From NCBI GenBank assembly GCA_009602735.1, contig WELA01002202.1:62001-126000 (forward strand): a stretch of DNA of 64,000 nucleotides. Reading direction: 5' to 3'. Below are positions 12,702 through 25,508 of this stretch, one piece after another. Both the position numbers and the translations under genes were made by a program. Below the pieces are notes generated by a model. That model was not told the origin of the DNA. It made no database searches and was given only the letters and a program-made list of their open reading frames with translations. Every line of letters begins with the position of its first letter. Within the stretch, counting starts at the first letter, position 1. This DNA is from Mesotaenium endlicherianum. Lineage: Eukaryota.

Positions 12702-14380
12702 CTAGGAGGTTGTTCTTGGGGCTCCAGGATCAGGAGTTTGAGATCTGAACCTAGACCTGGACAGCCCTCTAGGTCTGCCAGCTGGTCTTCTAAAGAACCC
12801 TGTTTGTTCTAAAGTTGGACCTTGAGGAGAACAAAGGATTGTAGCCTGCTCTTCCACCACTTGGGTGCGAATCCCCACATAGACAAGCATTCCAGTAGGA
12901 TGCTGAAATACATTGGCAAGTGGCACATGTCCCTGGATGAAGGGGGAGGCCGGCATACCTCTGGCTACTCCGCGTTTTCCTCTCCTGGTGCCCCTGTCCT
13001 TTGGGAATTTCTGCCATTCTGCTGCCCAGTACAGTCACATCAGCTTCTTCCTCTGCTTGGGCAGGTGGGCTGGGAGAACAAGTGCGGGGTTTTGTTGCCC
13101 ACACAGTAGGGATCACATTCCATACATTTGATGTTGGCGCCCTGAGAGCCCCTGTTATTGCCTGCCCCTGGATATCCTGAGCACCAGCACCTGATGCTTC
13201 TCCTCTGCCCCTGTTGTTCTTCCTCATCCTCCTCATCTTCCTCCTCTGAGAGGGTAGGGGTCTCGTCCACCAAGTCATCCTGCTCCCTGGTAAATATGGA
13301 AGCATCTACTGACCGCCCTTTCTTAGGACGAGCTGGAGGTTGCTTGGCCTTCAACCTGCTGATATCTATCCGGCCTGCATTCTCCGCCCATTTGACAAAG
13401 GCATGCTTTCTCTTAGAAAAGTAGTCTCTCCCCCTTCTCCTGTGCTCCCTGGTCTCAGCATTCATATTAATCAGGCAGCCATTTAGCCTGGGGTCCCAAG
13501 GGGCAATGTGAGGTGGTAAGATGAGGTAGCCGTCTAGTCCATAGTGAACGTCATCTGGTTGGGCTCAATCACACTCCTGCTTTTTGTCGGTGACGATCAT
13601 CCACCTCCAGTCTGTGGGCTGTAGGTAATACTGTGGTCCATGCTCAGCCTTTTTCAGCTTACAACGGAACCAGTGGGGAGAGAACATCTGCTGCCCTGTT
13701 TCCGTGGCCAAGTACTCCCAGCTCCTCCTCTCAACTTCATTGTGAGCTGGCAGCAGTGTGAGGTAAAATATCGTACCCTTAAAGCTATCGGGCTGCATGC
13801 TCACCATCCTGATGAGTCTCTAATCTCCCACTATTCCAGGTACTGAAAATGGCTTATCTTCCGAATCAGCTGCAAGGTACGGAGCTTGCTCTGCTGTATA
13901 GCCCACCATCTTGGCTTAATCTTCGTAGAGGATCACACCAGTGTGTGTCTCAATGTACCTATCCAGCACTTCAACTCCTTCTCTCTGTAGCACTATTTTC
14001 TGTTCCACCTTGTTGATGTCTTGGGCTGCCAGTAATGCCTCCTTTAGGTTATCAAATGTTTGGCCACCCACTACAGTGTATGTGTAAGTGGCCAAACTCT
14101 TCTGCTTCTCAGCTTCAACCTTTTTCCTTCTCTCCTCCTCTGTTGCTCCCGCTTCCTCTTGTTGTTTCTTCTGTCTCTCCTCTTCAGCGTTCCTGAGATT
14201 GTCCGCCTTGTGCTCCTTCTTCCTCTGTGCTTCTTCTACCGCCTCTTGTTGTTTGCGGACCCTTTCTTGTTCCCTCCTAGTGAGGGACGTTGCCGCCGGC
14301 TCCTTTTGGTATTGCTCCATTGTCCTCCTAGCCTCTTCTGCCTTGCGCTTTTTGTCTTCCTTTTGTGTGGTGGGAGCCAT
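12702..14380 (-). pseudogene. B1 ORF3 (extra 3' ORF), disrupted
   Basis: Fragments homologous to 22973-24649. Confidence 0.85.
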
Positions 14381-14772
14381 CCTCCACATGTGATTAGGGC
14401 ATAAGTTAGTAGGCTCTCAATCTTTGTCACACAAAATGCAGGAAGAGAAGTAAGTGGGTATTATTATGGTAGATATGTTCCCATTTTACCTTACAGGGTG
14501 GTTACTAGGAGTTAATGGAGCTGCAGTGCGATGAGAATGAACGAATGAATGTGTGTGCAGGGTGAGTTAAGTGATTTGTTGATGTGGTGGTCCTTTGCTC
14601 CTTCCAACTCAACTTAATTGGGCCTGGTTGTCACATCTGCACTATGTTGACACTTTTCTGTCAATAACTGTCCCTTTCTCGCACACTAACCGTCATTTAC
14701 TGGCACTTTTCCCCTCCAACTTCAATGGAAACAACACCTCCTGTCGCCTTCTCATGTCAAGTGAAATGATAG

Positions 14773-16635
14773 TTAGGAAGATGCTCGAGCCGCCTGAAGG
14801 TGGAACCGTTTTAATTCCCCTTTGGCATTGGTCAAATGGTGCTTAAATTCTAAAGTATCCTCTTCGGCATCGTAACCCTTCCATCTGACCAGGTTTTTCA
14901 TGACATATTTAGATGATCGACGGACAGAGCGAGCGTCTAAAATCTCCTCGACCTCATGTTCCTCAAGATCACCATCCCTGACAATTGGGACTGGTCCTCG
15001 TTGGACAGGTAACCGACCTGTGAACAGTGTGTCACCTTTGACGTATGGTTCCAGGAAGGAGACACTAAAGACTGGGTGACCCTTGTATTCTGCTGTCATG
15101 TTGAATTTGTAAGCATTCTGACCGACACAGCGTACCACCGAGTATGGACCAACCCAGACCGGACCAAGCTTTTTCTTGACCACGCCAGGCAGGTACAGGT
15201 GTTGAGGATGCAGTTTGACCAAATCTCCCTTTGAGTATGTCAGCTCCCGACGGTGTTGGTTAGCGTATTTTTGTTGATTTTCCTGGGCTTTGTGCAGATT
15301 ATGTTGAACTTCTGACAGGGTGTCAGCAAAAGCCTGAGTTAACTGGAGGAGATACCGGATTGTCAATCCCCTTAGGCTTAGTATAAGACTCCCCTAGCAC
15401 ATCTGAAGGAGACTTAGGGACTCCACCCAGACTGAAAAAAGAGTCTTTCTCGTTGACGCGTGCACCGCACTGTCTACCGCAAATTGAATTTGAGGCAACA
15501 GGTCATCCCAATTATCTTGTTTTTGGTTACTGTATGCTCTCAACACCTCTTGCAGAACTCGATTAGTCCTTTCAATCTGCCCATCGATCTGAGGGTGGTT
15601 TGCTGTGCAGCTGTTTGACTCTCATTAACCCCAATAAAGCTCTCCAGAACTTAGAGGTGAATTTTGAGTCTCTGTCTTAGATGATATTAGAGGGTAGCCC
15701 ATGTTGGCATACTACATGGTTGTAGAACTGTCTCGCAGTTTTGAGTGCAGTTTACTTTGACAGTGGTGGGGATGAAAATGACCATTTTTGTCAGATTATC
15801 CACTACTACCAGCATAAAATCATGCCCGTTGGCAGTTCTTGGTAGTGTTACCACCCAGTCCATGGATATTGTTCCCCAGCGTCCAATTGGGATGGGCAGT
15901 GGTTGTAATAGCCCCCCGGATAGTGTGTGTCTATACTTATTTTTCTGACATTGATCACGGGACTTCACATATCTCAAGGTCTCCCGAGGCAACCTATCCT
16001 AATGATAATGTTTTGCCAGCTTACCAACAGTTTTGGCTTGCCCCAAATGCCCACCCAGTAAACTGTCATGTGCTTGACTCAGTGCGAGGGACGTTATTTC
16101 TAAGTTGTTCGGAATGACCAGCTTCAGCCCGCCTAAAGTGGTTTCAGTCACCCAGAGCCCTCCCTTTAGCCTATACTTGAGTGCAGTAGCAAGACACACA
16201 CCATCGATGGGGCTGGGCTCAAATGTTGGGTCAGAAAAGTAGGCTTTCCTAAGTTGTTCCAGGAAGGACTTTTTCACCTTTAGTGAAGTGAGTGCACAAA
16301 GGACTTTGTCTACAGCATGCTGACTAAAGTTCCTTTCTTGCAAGTCATTTCTTTTAGAGAGTGCATCAGCAGGATTCAACTTCCTTGGTTGGTAGTCAAT
16401 ACGGACTTGGAACTGCTCCAGCGTCTGACTCCAGCGGTTTTCCCTCCACGACAGCTTGGACTTCTTTTGAAAGTGAGTCAGAGCTAGATGACCTGTAATT
16501 ACCTTAAAAGCTTTACCATGTAAGTATGCTCTCCAATGTTTGAGCACATGAATGATAGCTAGCATCTCTGTATCATGCACATAATACTTTCAGTTGGGTT
16601 GAATTTCATAGACTCATACAACACCGGGTGCCAAA
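14773..16635 (-). pseudogene. pol: B1 pol C-terminal part (RNase H end, integrase, chromodomain)
   Basis: Homologous to 18989-22705; multiple frameshifts. Confidence 0.88.
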
Positions 16636-17407
16636 TGTAATGAATCAATATATTAGTCGATATAATATTCATTTAAATATAATAGTTAATTAAGTTCAGC
16701 CTGCTGAACTTTAGTTAATAGTCAGTCTGTTGGACTTTACATAATTATCAGTTTGCTGACTCAGTCGAAAGCAGCAGGCTGAAAGTCCATATAAGTCAGC
16801 TTGCTGACACATTCTTTGACAGCAAGCTGACTTCCGTACTCGGTAGCAGCGAATTGCCTTGATATGCATCTAAGTGCGATATGCTAGATGAATAGCCAGA
16901 TGACATCCCTATGATGGATGGCTATTCGGGATGATGGGAGATGGCAGTGGATTTGGTTAACCGAGGTCCTACCAACGTGGTTAACTCCCGGGTAGGCGGT
17001 GCCATCGCACTGACCGTTGAACAGTAAACTCATTCCATGTACATACGCTAGGCATTNCACACTGACCGTTGAACGGTAAACTCATTCCATGTACATACGC
17101 TAGGCATTGCTCTCGAGTTCGGCATTCGGAAACGAGGCCAACTCTCTTGTACAGCTTACTGAGAGAGCTCTGAATCCAAGGCGAGAAGCCATTGATACGC
17201 ACTGTCTTCTAACCTTGCTTATGTATGAGTTTACTGATTTGCATCATTGATGCTAGTTTACTCGCATTTGACTTACGAGTATTATTCCCTGCTAGTGTAT
17301 TGTCCTTTGCCGTTTAACTAGTTAACGGAAATACCATAAAGATTACTTGCTGATATAAAGATCTTTATTAATTGTTAATCGCCTATTTGGTAAGTCGATT
17401 CATTTCA
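16636..17407 (+). repeat. B2 5' LTR (N at 17058 with a duplicated stretch)
   Basis: TGTAATGAA...TTCATTTCA. Confidence 0.9.
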
Positions 17408-17408
17408 G

Positions 17409-17420
17409 TGGTATCGGAGC
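17409..17420 (+). promoter_or_regulatory. Primer binding site, tRNA-iMet type
   Basis: TGGTATCGGAGC 1 nt after the LTR. Confidence 0.9.
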
Positions 17421-17441
17421 AGTTATCACAGTCTTCTTTGT

Positions 17442-18920
17442 ATGGTAAGGACAAGGTCTCAAACTAGCAACTCCCGAGACATGGAGAACCAGGATAACGA
17501 GAATGTCGAAAACCAGGCGGAAAGCCATGTAGCGGGAAACCGTACCTATTCGGAAGCAGTAGCGGATACTGCAGCTAGGGAGGCTGCAGATGAGGCAGCT
17601 GCTATTGCCTCAGTCGCAGCTCAGCAAGCTGAGGAGGAGATAGCCAGACTAGAAGCTGAACAAGTAGCAAAGGCCGCTGAAGATATACAAAGGAGGGAAG
17701 GACAGCCAGCTGACGAGCGCACTGTTGAAGAACTTATGGCATCAAGGGCCAATGTTCTGAACCCACCTCCTGCCGTACAACTCAATGTACCCCTAGGTCA
17801 AATACGTGACCGGCTGAATGCGGCAGGAATTGCTGCTGCAGGAGCAAGAGGGATTGTTGAGGACACTACTCAGCGAGTAGATGCCAATGCTGCTGCTGCA
17901 TTTGCTAATCTACCACCCCAAAATGTAGACTTGGGAGCATTGTTCGTTCAGATGCAGTCGCAAATGGCGACCATGTATCAGTCCCAGCAGGAGGACAAAA
18001 GAATCATAATGTCCCTACTCCGGGACAGAGACCAACTGGGGTCTCACACCACTAGTGGTGGTGGCCGAGGGCCTAGTAAGCCCAAGCCGAAACCTCCCCA
18101 GGACTATGATCCTGAGGGAAACAGAAAATATTACCTGATCAAGTTTCTCGCGGATGTTGAGCAGTGGCTGGAGAACTACCCAGAACTGCAAGATTACGAG
18201 AAGGTCAGGCACACCGGTGCGCTACTGAAAGGCAGTGCCGCAGACTGGTGGCTTTACTGGAAGGAAGAGCGTAAGGCTCGGCAACTCGGTGACCCTACGT
18301 GGGTAGAGTTTGTCGAGAAGTTGCATGAGAAGTTTGATGTCATCAACCAGCAGGAGAAAGCTATCTATGCGATGATCTCCCTGACACTGAAGCAGACCAC
18401 TTCAGTTGCTGAGTTTGCTCAAAAGTTCCAAGAGAACATGATGAAGCAGCCTGATTTGCCAGAACGGTATAGGATAGCATACTTCAGGTATGGCTTGAAA
18501 TCCGAGGTCTCTGGTCATTTTGCTGAGAAAAAGTATGAGAAACTGGCTGACTTGATCCAGGATGCTGACGCCTGGGATCAGCAGCAGTTCAATCACAAGC
18601 GCCAGAGTAACGCTTTGGTGTCTAAGATTGTCAAAAAGCCCCACGGTTCCTACAATGCAGTTGAAGGAGACCAGGCTGAGGATAATCAGGGTGATGAATA
18701 TGAGTATGAGTACAATGCTATTCAGTCTAGAGGTAGAGGTGGTCCCTCTCGAGGTGGCTATGGAAGGGGTGGTGGTAGGACTAAGCCGAGACCAGCCTCA
18801 GCAAAATCTACTTGCTACCATTGTCAGCAGAAAGGCCACTACAGAGAACAGTGTCCGGTCAAGCACCTGCCTAAGGTCGAGAGAAAAGACCAGCCTTTAA
18901 AAGACAGCAACAGTCAGTAA
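17442..18920 (+). CDS. gag: Gag, 492 aa
   Basis: Retrotransposon gag core ([19 protein letters not shown]), RGG tract, [14 protein letters not shown] knuckle. Confidence 0.93.
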   Translation: MVRTRSQTSNSRDMENQDNENVENQAESHVAGNRTYSEAVADTAAREAADEAAAIASVAAQQAEEEIARLEAEQVAKAAEDIQRREGQPADERTVEELMASRANVLNPPPAVQLNVPLGQIRDRLNAAGIAAAGARGIVEDTTQRVDANAAAAFANLPPQNVDLGALFVQMQSQMATMYQSQQEDKRIIMSLLRDRDQLGSHTTSGGGRGPSKPKPKPPQDYDPEGNRKYYLIKFLADVEQWLENYPELQDYEKVRHTGALLKGSAADWWLYWKEERKARQLGDPTWVEFVEKLHEKFDVINQQEKAIYAMISLTLKQTTSVAEFAQKFQENMMKQPDLPERYRIAYFRYGLKSEVSGHFAEKKYEKLADLIQDADAWDQQQFNHKRQSNALVSKIVKKPHGSYNAVEGDQAEDNQGDEYEYEYNAIQSRGRGGPSRGGYGRGGGRTKPRPASAKSTCYHCQQKGHYREQCPVKHLPKVERKDQPLKDSNSQ

Positions 18921-18937
18921 TCCAGTCTACTGACTGT
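18896..18937 (+). promoter_or_regulatory. Predicted -1 ribosomal frameshift signal
   Basis: T TTA AAA heptamer in the gag frame, 7-nt spacer, perfect 10-bp stem ACAGTCAGTA/TACTGACTGT; pol lies in the -1 frame. Confidence 0.8.
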
Positions 18938-18988
18938 GAGGATGCTAGAGATAGTGAGTCGTCACTAGCTGCCCTCGTAGCAGGTATT

Positions 18989-21900
18989 ATGGGTCCTGCT
19001 GAACTGGATTCACTATGCATGCCTGACAAACAGATAAAGGAGACCATCAGCAATATAGACGTCCAGAGAGTGCACACTCTGGATGCTCTTGTTCCACCTG
19101 ATGTCCAACATTTCTTTGCTACGTCAGGAGAACAATGCGAAAGTCAGGAAAAGACAGTCCCCCCTATCCTACTGCATTGCATGATTGCAGGTAGGAAGGT
19201 GAGGGCATTTGTTGACGGAGGGGCGTCACATACTTTTATCCACAAGGACTTAGTTAAGCGGCTAAGGCTGCCTACTGTCACCCAAGGGAATAGAAAAATA
19301 TTCCTTGGAGATGCCTCAAGTATCCCGGGAGGAGTTATAACCAAGCCTATTGAGGTCCAGTTAGGTTCTGGCATTGCAGTTCTAACTGAAACGCTTACAT
19401 TTGAGGTACTCAACACTGGCTTTTATGATCTCGTGCTAGGCAGGTCCTGGCTTAATAGACATCAAGCTGAAGTGTGTTGGAGCAGAGGTACAGTTAAAGT
19501 GAGAGGAGCCAGTGATGGGCAGACTGACTTGGCACCCACCAGTGCTCTTCCTCTTGTCCTGTGTGGATGGCAAATGAAGGAAAAGAAGAGGCTTCCAGAA
19601 GGATGCAAGTTGCTGAATGCAATGGAGTTCGTCAAAAGCTGGAACCAGAAGGAAGACAGAATGTTCTGTCTGCTGCTAAGAGAGGTACCTCCTCAACCTG
19701 AAGAAGTGGTTGAGAAAAAGGTACACCCTCCGGAACACCCTACTGCTGCAAACATTGTTGCTCAGTACACGGATGTGTTTAATATGCCTCCAGGACTACC
19801 CCCTAAGCGGGAAGTAGATCATAGGATTGATTTATTACCTGGTAGCCAGCCACCCTGGCAACGCACGTATGGCTTGTCTTATTTGGAGAGTGAGGAGTTG
19901 AAAACACAGATTGCAGAGCTGGAGGAAAATGGTTACATTTCTCCCAGTAAATCACCGTACGGCGCACCTATCCTATTTGTTAAGAAAAAGGATGGCAGTA
20001 TGCGGATGTGTGTGGATTACAGAGCCCTGAACAGAATTACAGTAAAGAACAAGTATGCTTTACCCAGAATCGAGGACTTGCTTGATACCCTGTCTGGCGC
20101 TAAGGTGTTCAGTAAGATAGATCTCAAGAGTGGTTATCATCAAATCAGAATTGCTGAGGGGGATGAACACAAGACTGCTTTCCGCACACGTTATGGACAC
20201 TATGAGTTCAACGTGATGCCATTTGGACTGACTAATGCTCCTGCTACCTTTATGGGTGCTATGAATGACATTTTCAGACCTTATTTGGATAAGTTTGTGC
20301 AAGTTTTCCTGGATGATATTTTAATTTTCTCTAAAGATGAAGCTCAGCACACTGAACACTTAAAGAAAGTGCTGGACACTCTGCGGAAAAATCACTTGTA
20401 TGCTAAAATGAGCAAGTGTGATTTCTTTAAGGAAAGTATTGAATTCTTAGGCCACGTTGTCAGTAAAGAGGGCATCAGTGTGGATCCTAAGAAAGTCCAG
20501 ACCATAAGGGACTGGCCAGTACCACAGTCTGTCTCTGAAGTTAGATCCTTCCTCGGGTTGGCTAACTACTATAGGAGATTTATTGAGAATTATTCCACAA
20601 AGGCCAGTAAACTGACTGACCTTACTAAGAAAGACATCGGGTATGTGTGGGGGGAAGAGCAGCAGGCTGCCTTCCAGACCCTTAAAGATGCCCTTTGTTC
20701 TGCCCCAGTGCTAGCCGTGTATGACCCCAGCAAACCGGTGCAGGTGGTTACTGATGCCTCTGATTTTGCCATGGGTGCTATTTTGTTGCAGCCTGCTGAC
20801 AAAACCACAAAGGATGGTAAGGTACGGCAGGAGTGGCATCCTGTGTTGTATGAGTCTATGAAATTTAATCCAGCGGAGATTAATTACTCAGTGCATGATA
20901 AAGAGCTGCTAGCTATCATTCATGTACTCAAACAGTGGAGAGCATACTTACATGGTAAAGCTTTTAAGGTGATTACAGATCATCTAGCTCTGACCCACTT
21001 TCAGAAGAAGTCCAAGCTGTCGAGGAGGGAGAACCGCTGGAGCCAGATGCTGGAGCAGTTCCAAGTCCAGATCGACTACAAACCAGGGAAGTTGAATCCT
21101 GCTGATGCACTCTCTAGAAGACCTGACTTGCAAGAAAGGAACTTTAGTCAGCATGCTGTAGATAAAGTCCTGTGTGCACTCACTTCACTAAAGGTGAAAA
21201 AGTCCTTCCTTGAACAACTTAGGAAAGCCTACCTTTCTGACCCAACATTTGAGCCCAGCCCCACTACTGGTATGTGTCGTGCTACCGCACTCGGGTATAA
21301 GCTCAAGGGAGGGGTCTGGGTGACTGAAACCACTTCAGGCAGGCTGAAGCTGGTCATTCCTAATAATTTGGAAATAAGGTCTCTCTTACTGAGTCAAGCT
21401 CATGACAGTCTCCTGGGTGGACATTTGGGGCAGGCCAAAACTGTTGGCAAACTGGCAAAACATTATCATTGGGAGGGGTTACCCCGGGAGGTCTTGAAAT
21501 ATGTCAAGTCCTGTGACCAGTGTCAGAGAAATAAGTCTCGGCACACACCACCCGGAGGTCTCTTGCAACCGCTACCCATCCCAGCGGGACGCTGGGAAAC
21601 TATATCCATGGACTGGGTGGTCTCACTACCAAGAACTGCCAACGGGCATGATTCAATACTGGTAGTCGTGGATAAACTGACAAAAATGGTCATTTTTATC
21701 CCCACAACTGTCAAAGTGACTGCACTCGAAACAGCGAGACAGTTTTACAACCATGTAGTATGCCAACATGGGCTCCCTTCTAATATCATCTCAGACAGAG
21801 ACTCAAAATTCACCTCTAAGTTCTGGAGAGCTTTAATGGGGTTAATGGGAGTCAAACAGCTGCTCAGCACAGCAAACCACCCTCAGACTGATGGGCAGAC

Positions 21901-22705
21901 TGAAAGAACTAACCGAGTTCTGCAGGAGGTGCTGAGAGCATATATTAACCAAAAACAAGATAATTGGGATGACCTGTTGCCTCAAATTCAGTTTGCGGTC
22001 AACAGTGCGGTGCACGCGTCAACGGGCAAAACTCCTTTTGAACTCAGCCTGGGTAGAGTCCCTAAGTCTCCTCTAGATGTGCTAGGGGAATCTTTAACTC
22101 ACCCTGAAGGGATTGACAACCCGGTCTCCCTCCAGTTAACTCAGGAGTTTGCTGACACCCTGTCAGAAGTCCAACGAAACTTGCACACGGCCCAAGAAAA
22201 CCAACAAAAATACGCTAATCAACACCGTCGGGAACTGACATTTTCCAAGGGGGATTTAGTCAAACTGCATTCTCAGCACCTGTACCTCCCTGGTGTGGTC
22301 AAGAAAAAGCTTGGCCCTGTCTGGGTCGGTCCATATTCGGTGGTCCGTCGTGTCGGTCAGAATGCTTACAAACTGAACATGTCAGCTGAATACAAGGGGC
22401 ACCCGGTCTTTAATGTCTCCTTCCTGGAACCGTACATCAAAGGTGATACACTGTTCACAGGTCGGTTCCCTGTCCAACCGGGACCGGTCCCCGCTGTCCG
22501 GGACGGCGACCCTGAGGAATATGAGGTCGATGAGATTTTAGACGCTCGCTCGGTCCGTCGATCGTCTAAATATGTCATGAAATACCTCATTCGATGGAAG
22601 GGTTACGATGCCTCTGGGGACACTTGGGAGTTTAAGGACCACTTGACCAATGCCAAAGGGGCGTTGACACGGTTCCACCTTCGGGCCGCTGGAGTCCCTC
22701 CATAA
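18989..22705 (+). CDS. pol: Pol (PR-RT-RH-IN-chromodomain), probably made as a Gag-Pol fusion
   Basis: [40 protein letters not shown]...YLIRWKGY. Confidence 0.95.
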   Translation: MGPAELDSLCMPDKQIKETISNIDVQRVHTLDALVPPDVQHFFATSGEQCESQEKTVPPILLHCMIAGRKVRAFVDGGASHTFIHKDLVKRLRLPTVTQGNRKIFLGDASSIPGGVITKPIEVQLGSGIAVLTETLTFEVLNTGFYDLVLGRSWLNRHQAEVCWSRGTVKVRGASDGQTDLAPTSALPLVLCGWQMKEKKRLPEGCKLLNAMEFVKSWNQKEDRMFCLLLREVPPQPEEVVEKKVHPPEHPTAANIVAQYTDVFNMPPGLPPKREVDHRIDLLPGSQPPWQRTYGLSYLESEELKTQIAELEENGYISPSKSPYGAPILFVKKKDGSMRMCVDYRALNRITVKNKYALPRIEDLLDTLSGAKVFSKIDLKSGYHQIRIAEGDEHKTAFRTRYGHYEFNVMPFGLTNAPATFMGAMNDIFRPYLDKFVQVFLDDILIFSKDEAQHTEHLKKVLDTLRKNHLYAKMSKCDFFKESIEFLGHVVSKEGISVDPKKVQTIRDWPVPQSVSEVRSFLGLANYYRRFIENYSTKASKLTDLTKKDIGYVWGEEQQAAFQTLKDALCSAPVLAVYDPSKPVQVVTDASDFAMGAILLQPADKTTKDGKVRQEWHPVLYESMKFNPAEINYSVHDKELLAIIHVLKQWRAYLHGKAFKVITDHLALTHFQKKSKLSRRENRWSQMLEQFQVQIDYKPGKLNPADALSRRPDLQERNFSQHAVDKVLCALTSLKVKKSFLEQLRKAYLSDPTFEPSPTTGMCRATALGYKLKGGVWVTETTSGRLKLVIPNNLEIRSLLLSQAHDSLLGGHLGQAKTVGKLAKHYHWEGLPREVLKYVKSCDQCQRNKSRHTPPGGLLQPLPIPAGRWETISMDWVVSLPRTANGHDSILVVVDKLTKMVIFIPTTVKVTALETARQFYNHVVCQHGLPSNIISDRDSKFTSKFWRALMGLMGVKQLLSTANHPQTDGQTERTNRVLQEVLRAYINQKQDNWDDLLPQIQFAVNSAVHASTGKTPFELSLGRVPKSPLDVLGESLTHPEGIDNPVSLQLTQEFADTLSEVQRNLHTAQENQQKYANQHRRELTFSKGDLVKLHSQHLYLPGVVKKKLGPVWVGPYSVVRRVGQNAYKLNMSAEYKGHPVFNVSFLEPYIKGDTLFTGRFPVQPGPVPAVRDGDPEEYEVDEILDARSVRRSSKYVMKYLIRWKGYDASGDTWEFKDHLTNAKGALTRFHLRAAGVPP

Positions 22706-22868
22706 CTGTCATTTCAGTTGACACGGGAAGGTGACAGGCGGTCCTGTCTCCATTTAAGTTGGAGGGGAAAATATATGACAGTTAGTGAGCGAGAGCGATA
22801 AAAACACACTCATACGTTTATGTGTAGCGCATCGCAACTACGTCAACTTTTAGCAATCATCCTGTAAG

Positions 22869-22971
22869 GTAAACAGCAGCGAAGCCACTATACTAAATAC
22901 TAACATACTTCCTGCAATCCCTATGACAAAGGTCCATATCCTACTAACTTGTGCCCTGGTTACATGTGCAG
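22869..22971 (+). other. Putative intron immediately before the ORF3 ATG
   Basis: AAG|GTAAAC donor, TACTAAC branch site (22942-22948), TGCAG|GATG acceptor; donor conserved in B1 and B4. Confidence 0.55.
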
Positions 22972-22972
22972 G

Positions 22973-24301
22973 ATGGCGCCCACCACACAAAAGGAGGACA
23001 GAAAGCGCAAGGCAGAAGAAGCCAGGAGGACAATGGAGCAATACCAGAAGGAGCTGGCGGCGACGTCCCTCACCAGGAGAGAACAAGAAAGGGTCCGCAA
23101 ACAACAAGAGGCGGCAGAAGAGGCACAGAGGAAGAAGGATCAGGAAGCGGAAAACCTCAGGAAGGCTGAGGAGGAGAGACAGAAGAAACAGCAAGAAGAA
23201 GCGGCAGCGGCAGAAGAGGAGAAAAGAAAAAAGATTGAAGCGGACAGACAGAAGAGCTTGGCCACTTACAGGTATACTGTGGTGGGTGGCCAAAACTTCG
23301 ATAACCTGAAGGAAGCATTGCTGGCAGCCCAGGAGATCAACAGGCTGGAACAGACAACACTGCTACAGAAGGAAGGAGCTACAGCACTGGACAGGTACAT
23401 CGAGACACACACCGGCGTGGTCCTTTACGAAGATTATGCTAAGATGGTGGGCTATACAGCAGAGCAGGCCCGGTATCTCGCAGATGATTCAGAGGACAAG
23501 CCGGTCCCCATACCGGGAATAGTGGGAGATCAGAGACTCATCCGGATGGTGAGCATGCGGCCCGATAGCTTTAAGGATACGGTATTCTACCTCACACTCC
23601 TGCCAGCTTACAATGAAGTTGAGAGAAGGAGCTGGGAGTACTTGGCCAGGGAAGCAGGACAGCAGATGTTCTCTCCCCACTGGTTCCCGTGTAAACTGAG
23701 GAAGGCTGAGCACGGACCCCAGTACTACCAGCAGCCAACAGACTGGAGGTGGATGACCGTCACAAATAAGAAGCAGGAGTGTGACCGAGCCCAACCGGAT
23801 GACTTCCACTATGGCCTAGACGGCTATCTCATCCTACCACCTCACATTGCCCCTTGGGACCCCAGGCTGAATGGATGCCTGAGCAATATGAATGCAGAGA
23901 CCAAGGAACATAGGAGGAGGGGAAGAGACTACTTCTCTAAGGGAAAGCATGCCTTTGTCAAATGGGCAAAGAATGCAGGCCGGATAGATATCAGTAGGCT
24001 GAAGGCCAAGCAACCTCCAGCGCGCCATAAGAAAGGGAGGTCGGCAGACTACTCCATGTCTACTAGGGAGCAGGACGACTTAGTGGACGAGACCCCTACT
24101 CTCTCCGAGGAGGAGGATGAGGAGGCTGAGGAACAAGAACAGGGCAGAGGTGAAGCATCAGCAGCAGGTACTCGGGATACCCAGGGACAGGTAGGGGCGC
24201 TTCTTAAAGAACCACGATCAGGTGTTTGGAATGTGATCCCCGTTATGGCGACTACTGGACCCCGCGCTCGCTCCCACAGCCCACCTGCCCAAGCAGAGTA
24301 A
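22973..24301 (+). CDS. ORF3, unknown protein; frame continues to 24649 past a copy-specific TAA
   Basis: Long ORF conserved in B1, B3 and B4; charged coiled-coil N-terminus, aromatic-rich core, acidic tract; B1 reads GAA at the TAA position. Confidence 0.8.
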   Translation: MAPTTQKEDRKRKAEEARRTMEQYQKELAATSLTRREQERVRKQQEAAEEAQRKKDQEAENLRKAEEERQKKQQEEAAAAEEEKRKKIEADRQKSLATYRYTVVGGQNFDNLKEALLAAQEINRLEQTTLLQKEGATALDRYIETHTGVVLYEDYAKMVGYTAEQARYLADDSEDKPVPIPGIVGDQRLIRMVSMRPDSFKDTVFYLTLLPAYNEVERRSWEYLAREAGQQMFSPHWFPCKLRKAEHGPQYYQQPTDWRWMTVTNKKQECDRAQPDDFHYGLDGYLILPPHIAPWDPRLNGCLSNMNAETKEHRRRGRDYFSKGKHAFVKWAKNAGRIDISRLKAKQPPARHKKGRSADYSMSTREQDDLVDETPTLSEEEDEEAEEQEQGRGEASAAGTRDTQGQVGALLKEPRSGVWNVIPVMATTGPRARSHSPPAQAE

Positions 24302-24748
24302 GAAGCTGATCTGACTGTATTGGGCAGCAGACACAGGCAAAAATCCCCAGAGGACAGGGGTGCCAGAAGAGGGACACGCGGGTGGGCCAGAGGTATGCCA
24401 GCCTCCCCCTCCGCTCAGGGGCATGTACCTCTAGCCAATGTATTTCAGCATCCTACTGGAATGCCTGTCTATGTGGGAATCAACACCCAAATAGTTGAAG
24501 AGCAGGCCACCATCCTCCGTTCTCCTCGAGGGCCAACTTTAGAGCAAACAGGGTTCTTTAGAAGGCCAGCTGACAGACCTAGAGGGCTGTCCAGATCTAG
24601 GTCCAGATCTCCGTCCCCTGATCCTGAAGCCCCAGGAACCACCCCTTAAGGTGACAGGCTGAAAAGATAGTCAGTAAGGGAGGCTGGTCAGGGTCAGTTT
24701 CTTTATTTACAGCGTTTGCAGTTTAATGTTGTCGAGGCGACAACAAGT

Positions 24749-24762
24749 TAAGTTGGAGGGAT
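24749..24762 (+). promoter_or_regulatory. Polypurine tract of B2
   Basis: TAAGTTGGAGGGAT directly before the 3' LTR. Confidence 0.8.
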
Positions 24763-25508
24763 TGTAATGAATCAGTATATTAGTAGATATAATATTCATT
24801 TAAATATAATAGTTAATTTAGTTCAGCCTGCTGGACTTTAGTTAGTAGTCAGTCTGCTGAACTTTAGTTAATAATCAGTCTGCTGGACTTTACATAATTA
24901 TCAGTTTAATGACTCAGCCAAAAGCAGCAGGCTGAAGTCAACTTAAGTCAGCTTGCTGACACATTCTTTGACAGCCAGCTGACTTCCGTGCTCGGTAGCA
25001 GCGAACTGCCTTGATATGCATCTAAGTACCACCTGCTAGAGGAATGGCCAGATGACATCCCCATGATGGATGGCTATTCGGGATGATGGGAGATGGCGGT
25101 GGATTTGGTTAACCGAGGTCCTACCAACGTGGTTAACTCCCGGGTAGGCGGTGCCATCGCACTGACCGTTGAACAGTAAACTCATTCCATGTACATATGC
25201 TAGGCATTGCTCTCGAGTTCGGCATTCGGACACGAGGCCAACTCTCTTGTACAGCTTACTGAGAGAGCTCTGAATCCAAGGCGAGAAGCCATTGATACGC
25301 ACCGTCTTCTAACCTTGCTTATGTATGAGTTTACTAATTTGCATCATTGATGCTAGTTTACTCGCATTTGACTGTCGAGTATTATTCACTGTTAGTGTGT
25401 TGTCCTTTGCCGTTAAACCAGTTAACGGATACTACCATAAAGATTACTTGCTGATATAAAGATCTCTATTAATTATTAATCGCCTATTTGGTAAGTCGAT
25501 TCATTTCA
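24763..25508 (+). repeat. B2 3' LTR (746 bp)
   Basis: TG...CA direct repeat of the 5' LTR. Confidence 0.92.

Larger units (their letters stand above)
16636..25508 (+). mobile_element. Chromovirus family B copy B2, full length, intact gag and pol
   Basis: LTR-PBS-gag-pol(chromodomain)-ORF3-PPT-LTR. Confidence 0.93.

Noticed and set aside
17000..17120. Tandem duplication within the B2 5' LTR
   Set aside because: Centred on an N and absent from other LTRs; likely a contig overlap artefact.
22973..24649. env gene
   Set aside because: No signal peptide or hydrophobic transmembrane segment is visible.
24819..24895. CRISPR-like or satellite array (~26-bp units)
   Set aside because: Two to three tandem U3 subrepeats without spacers; ordinary LTR variation.
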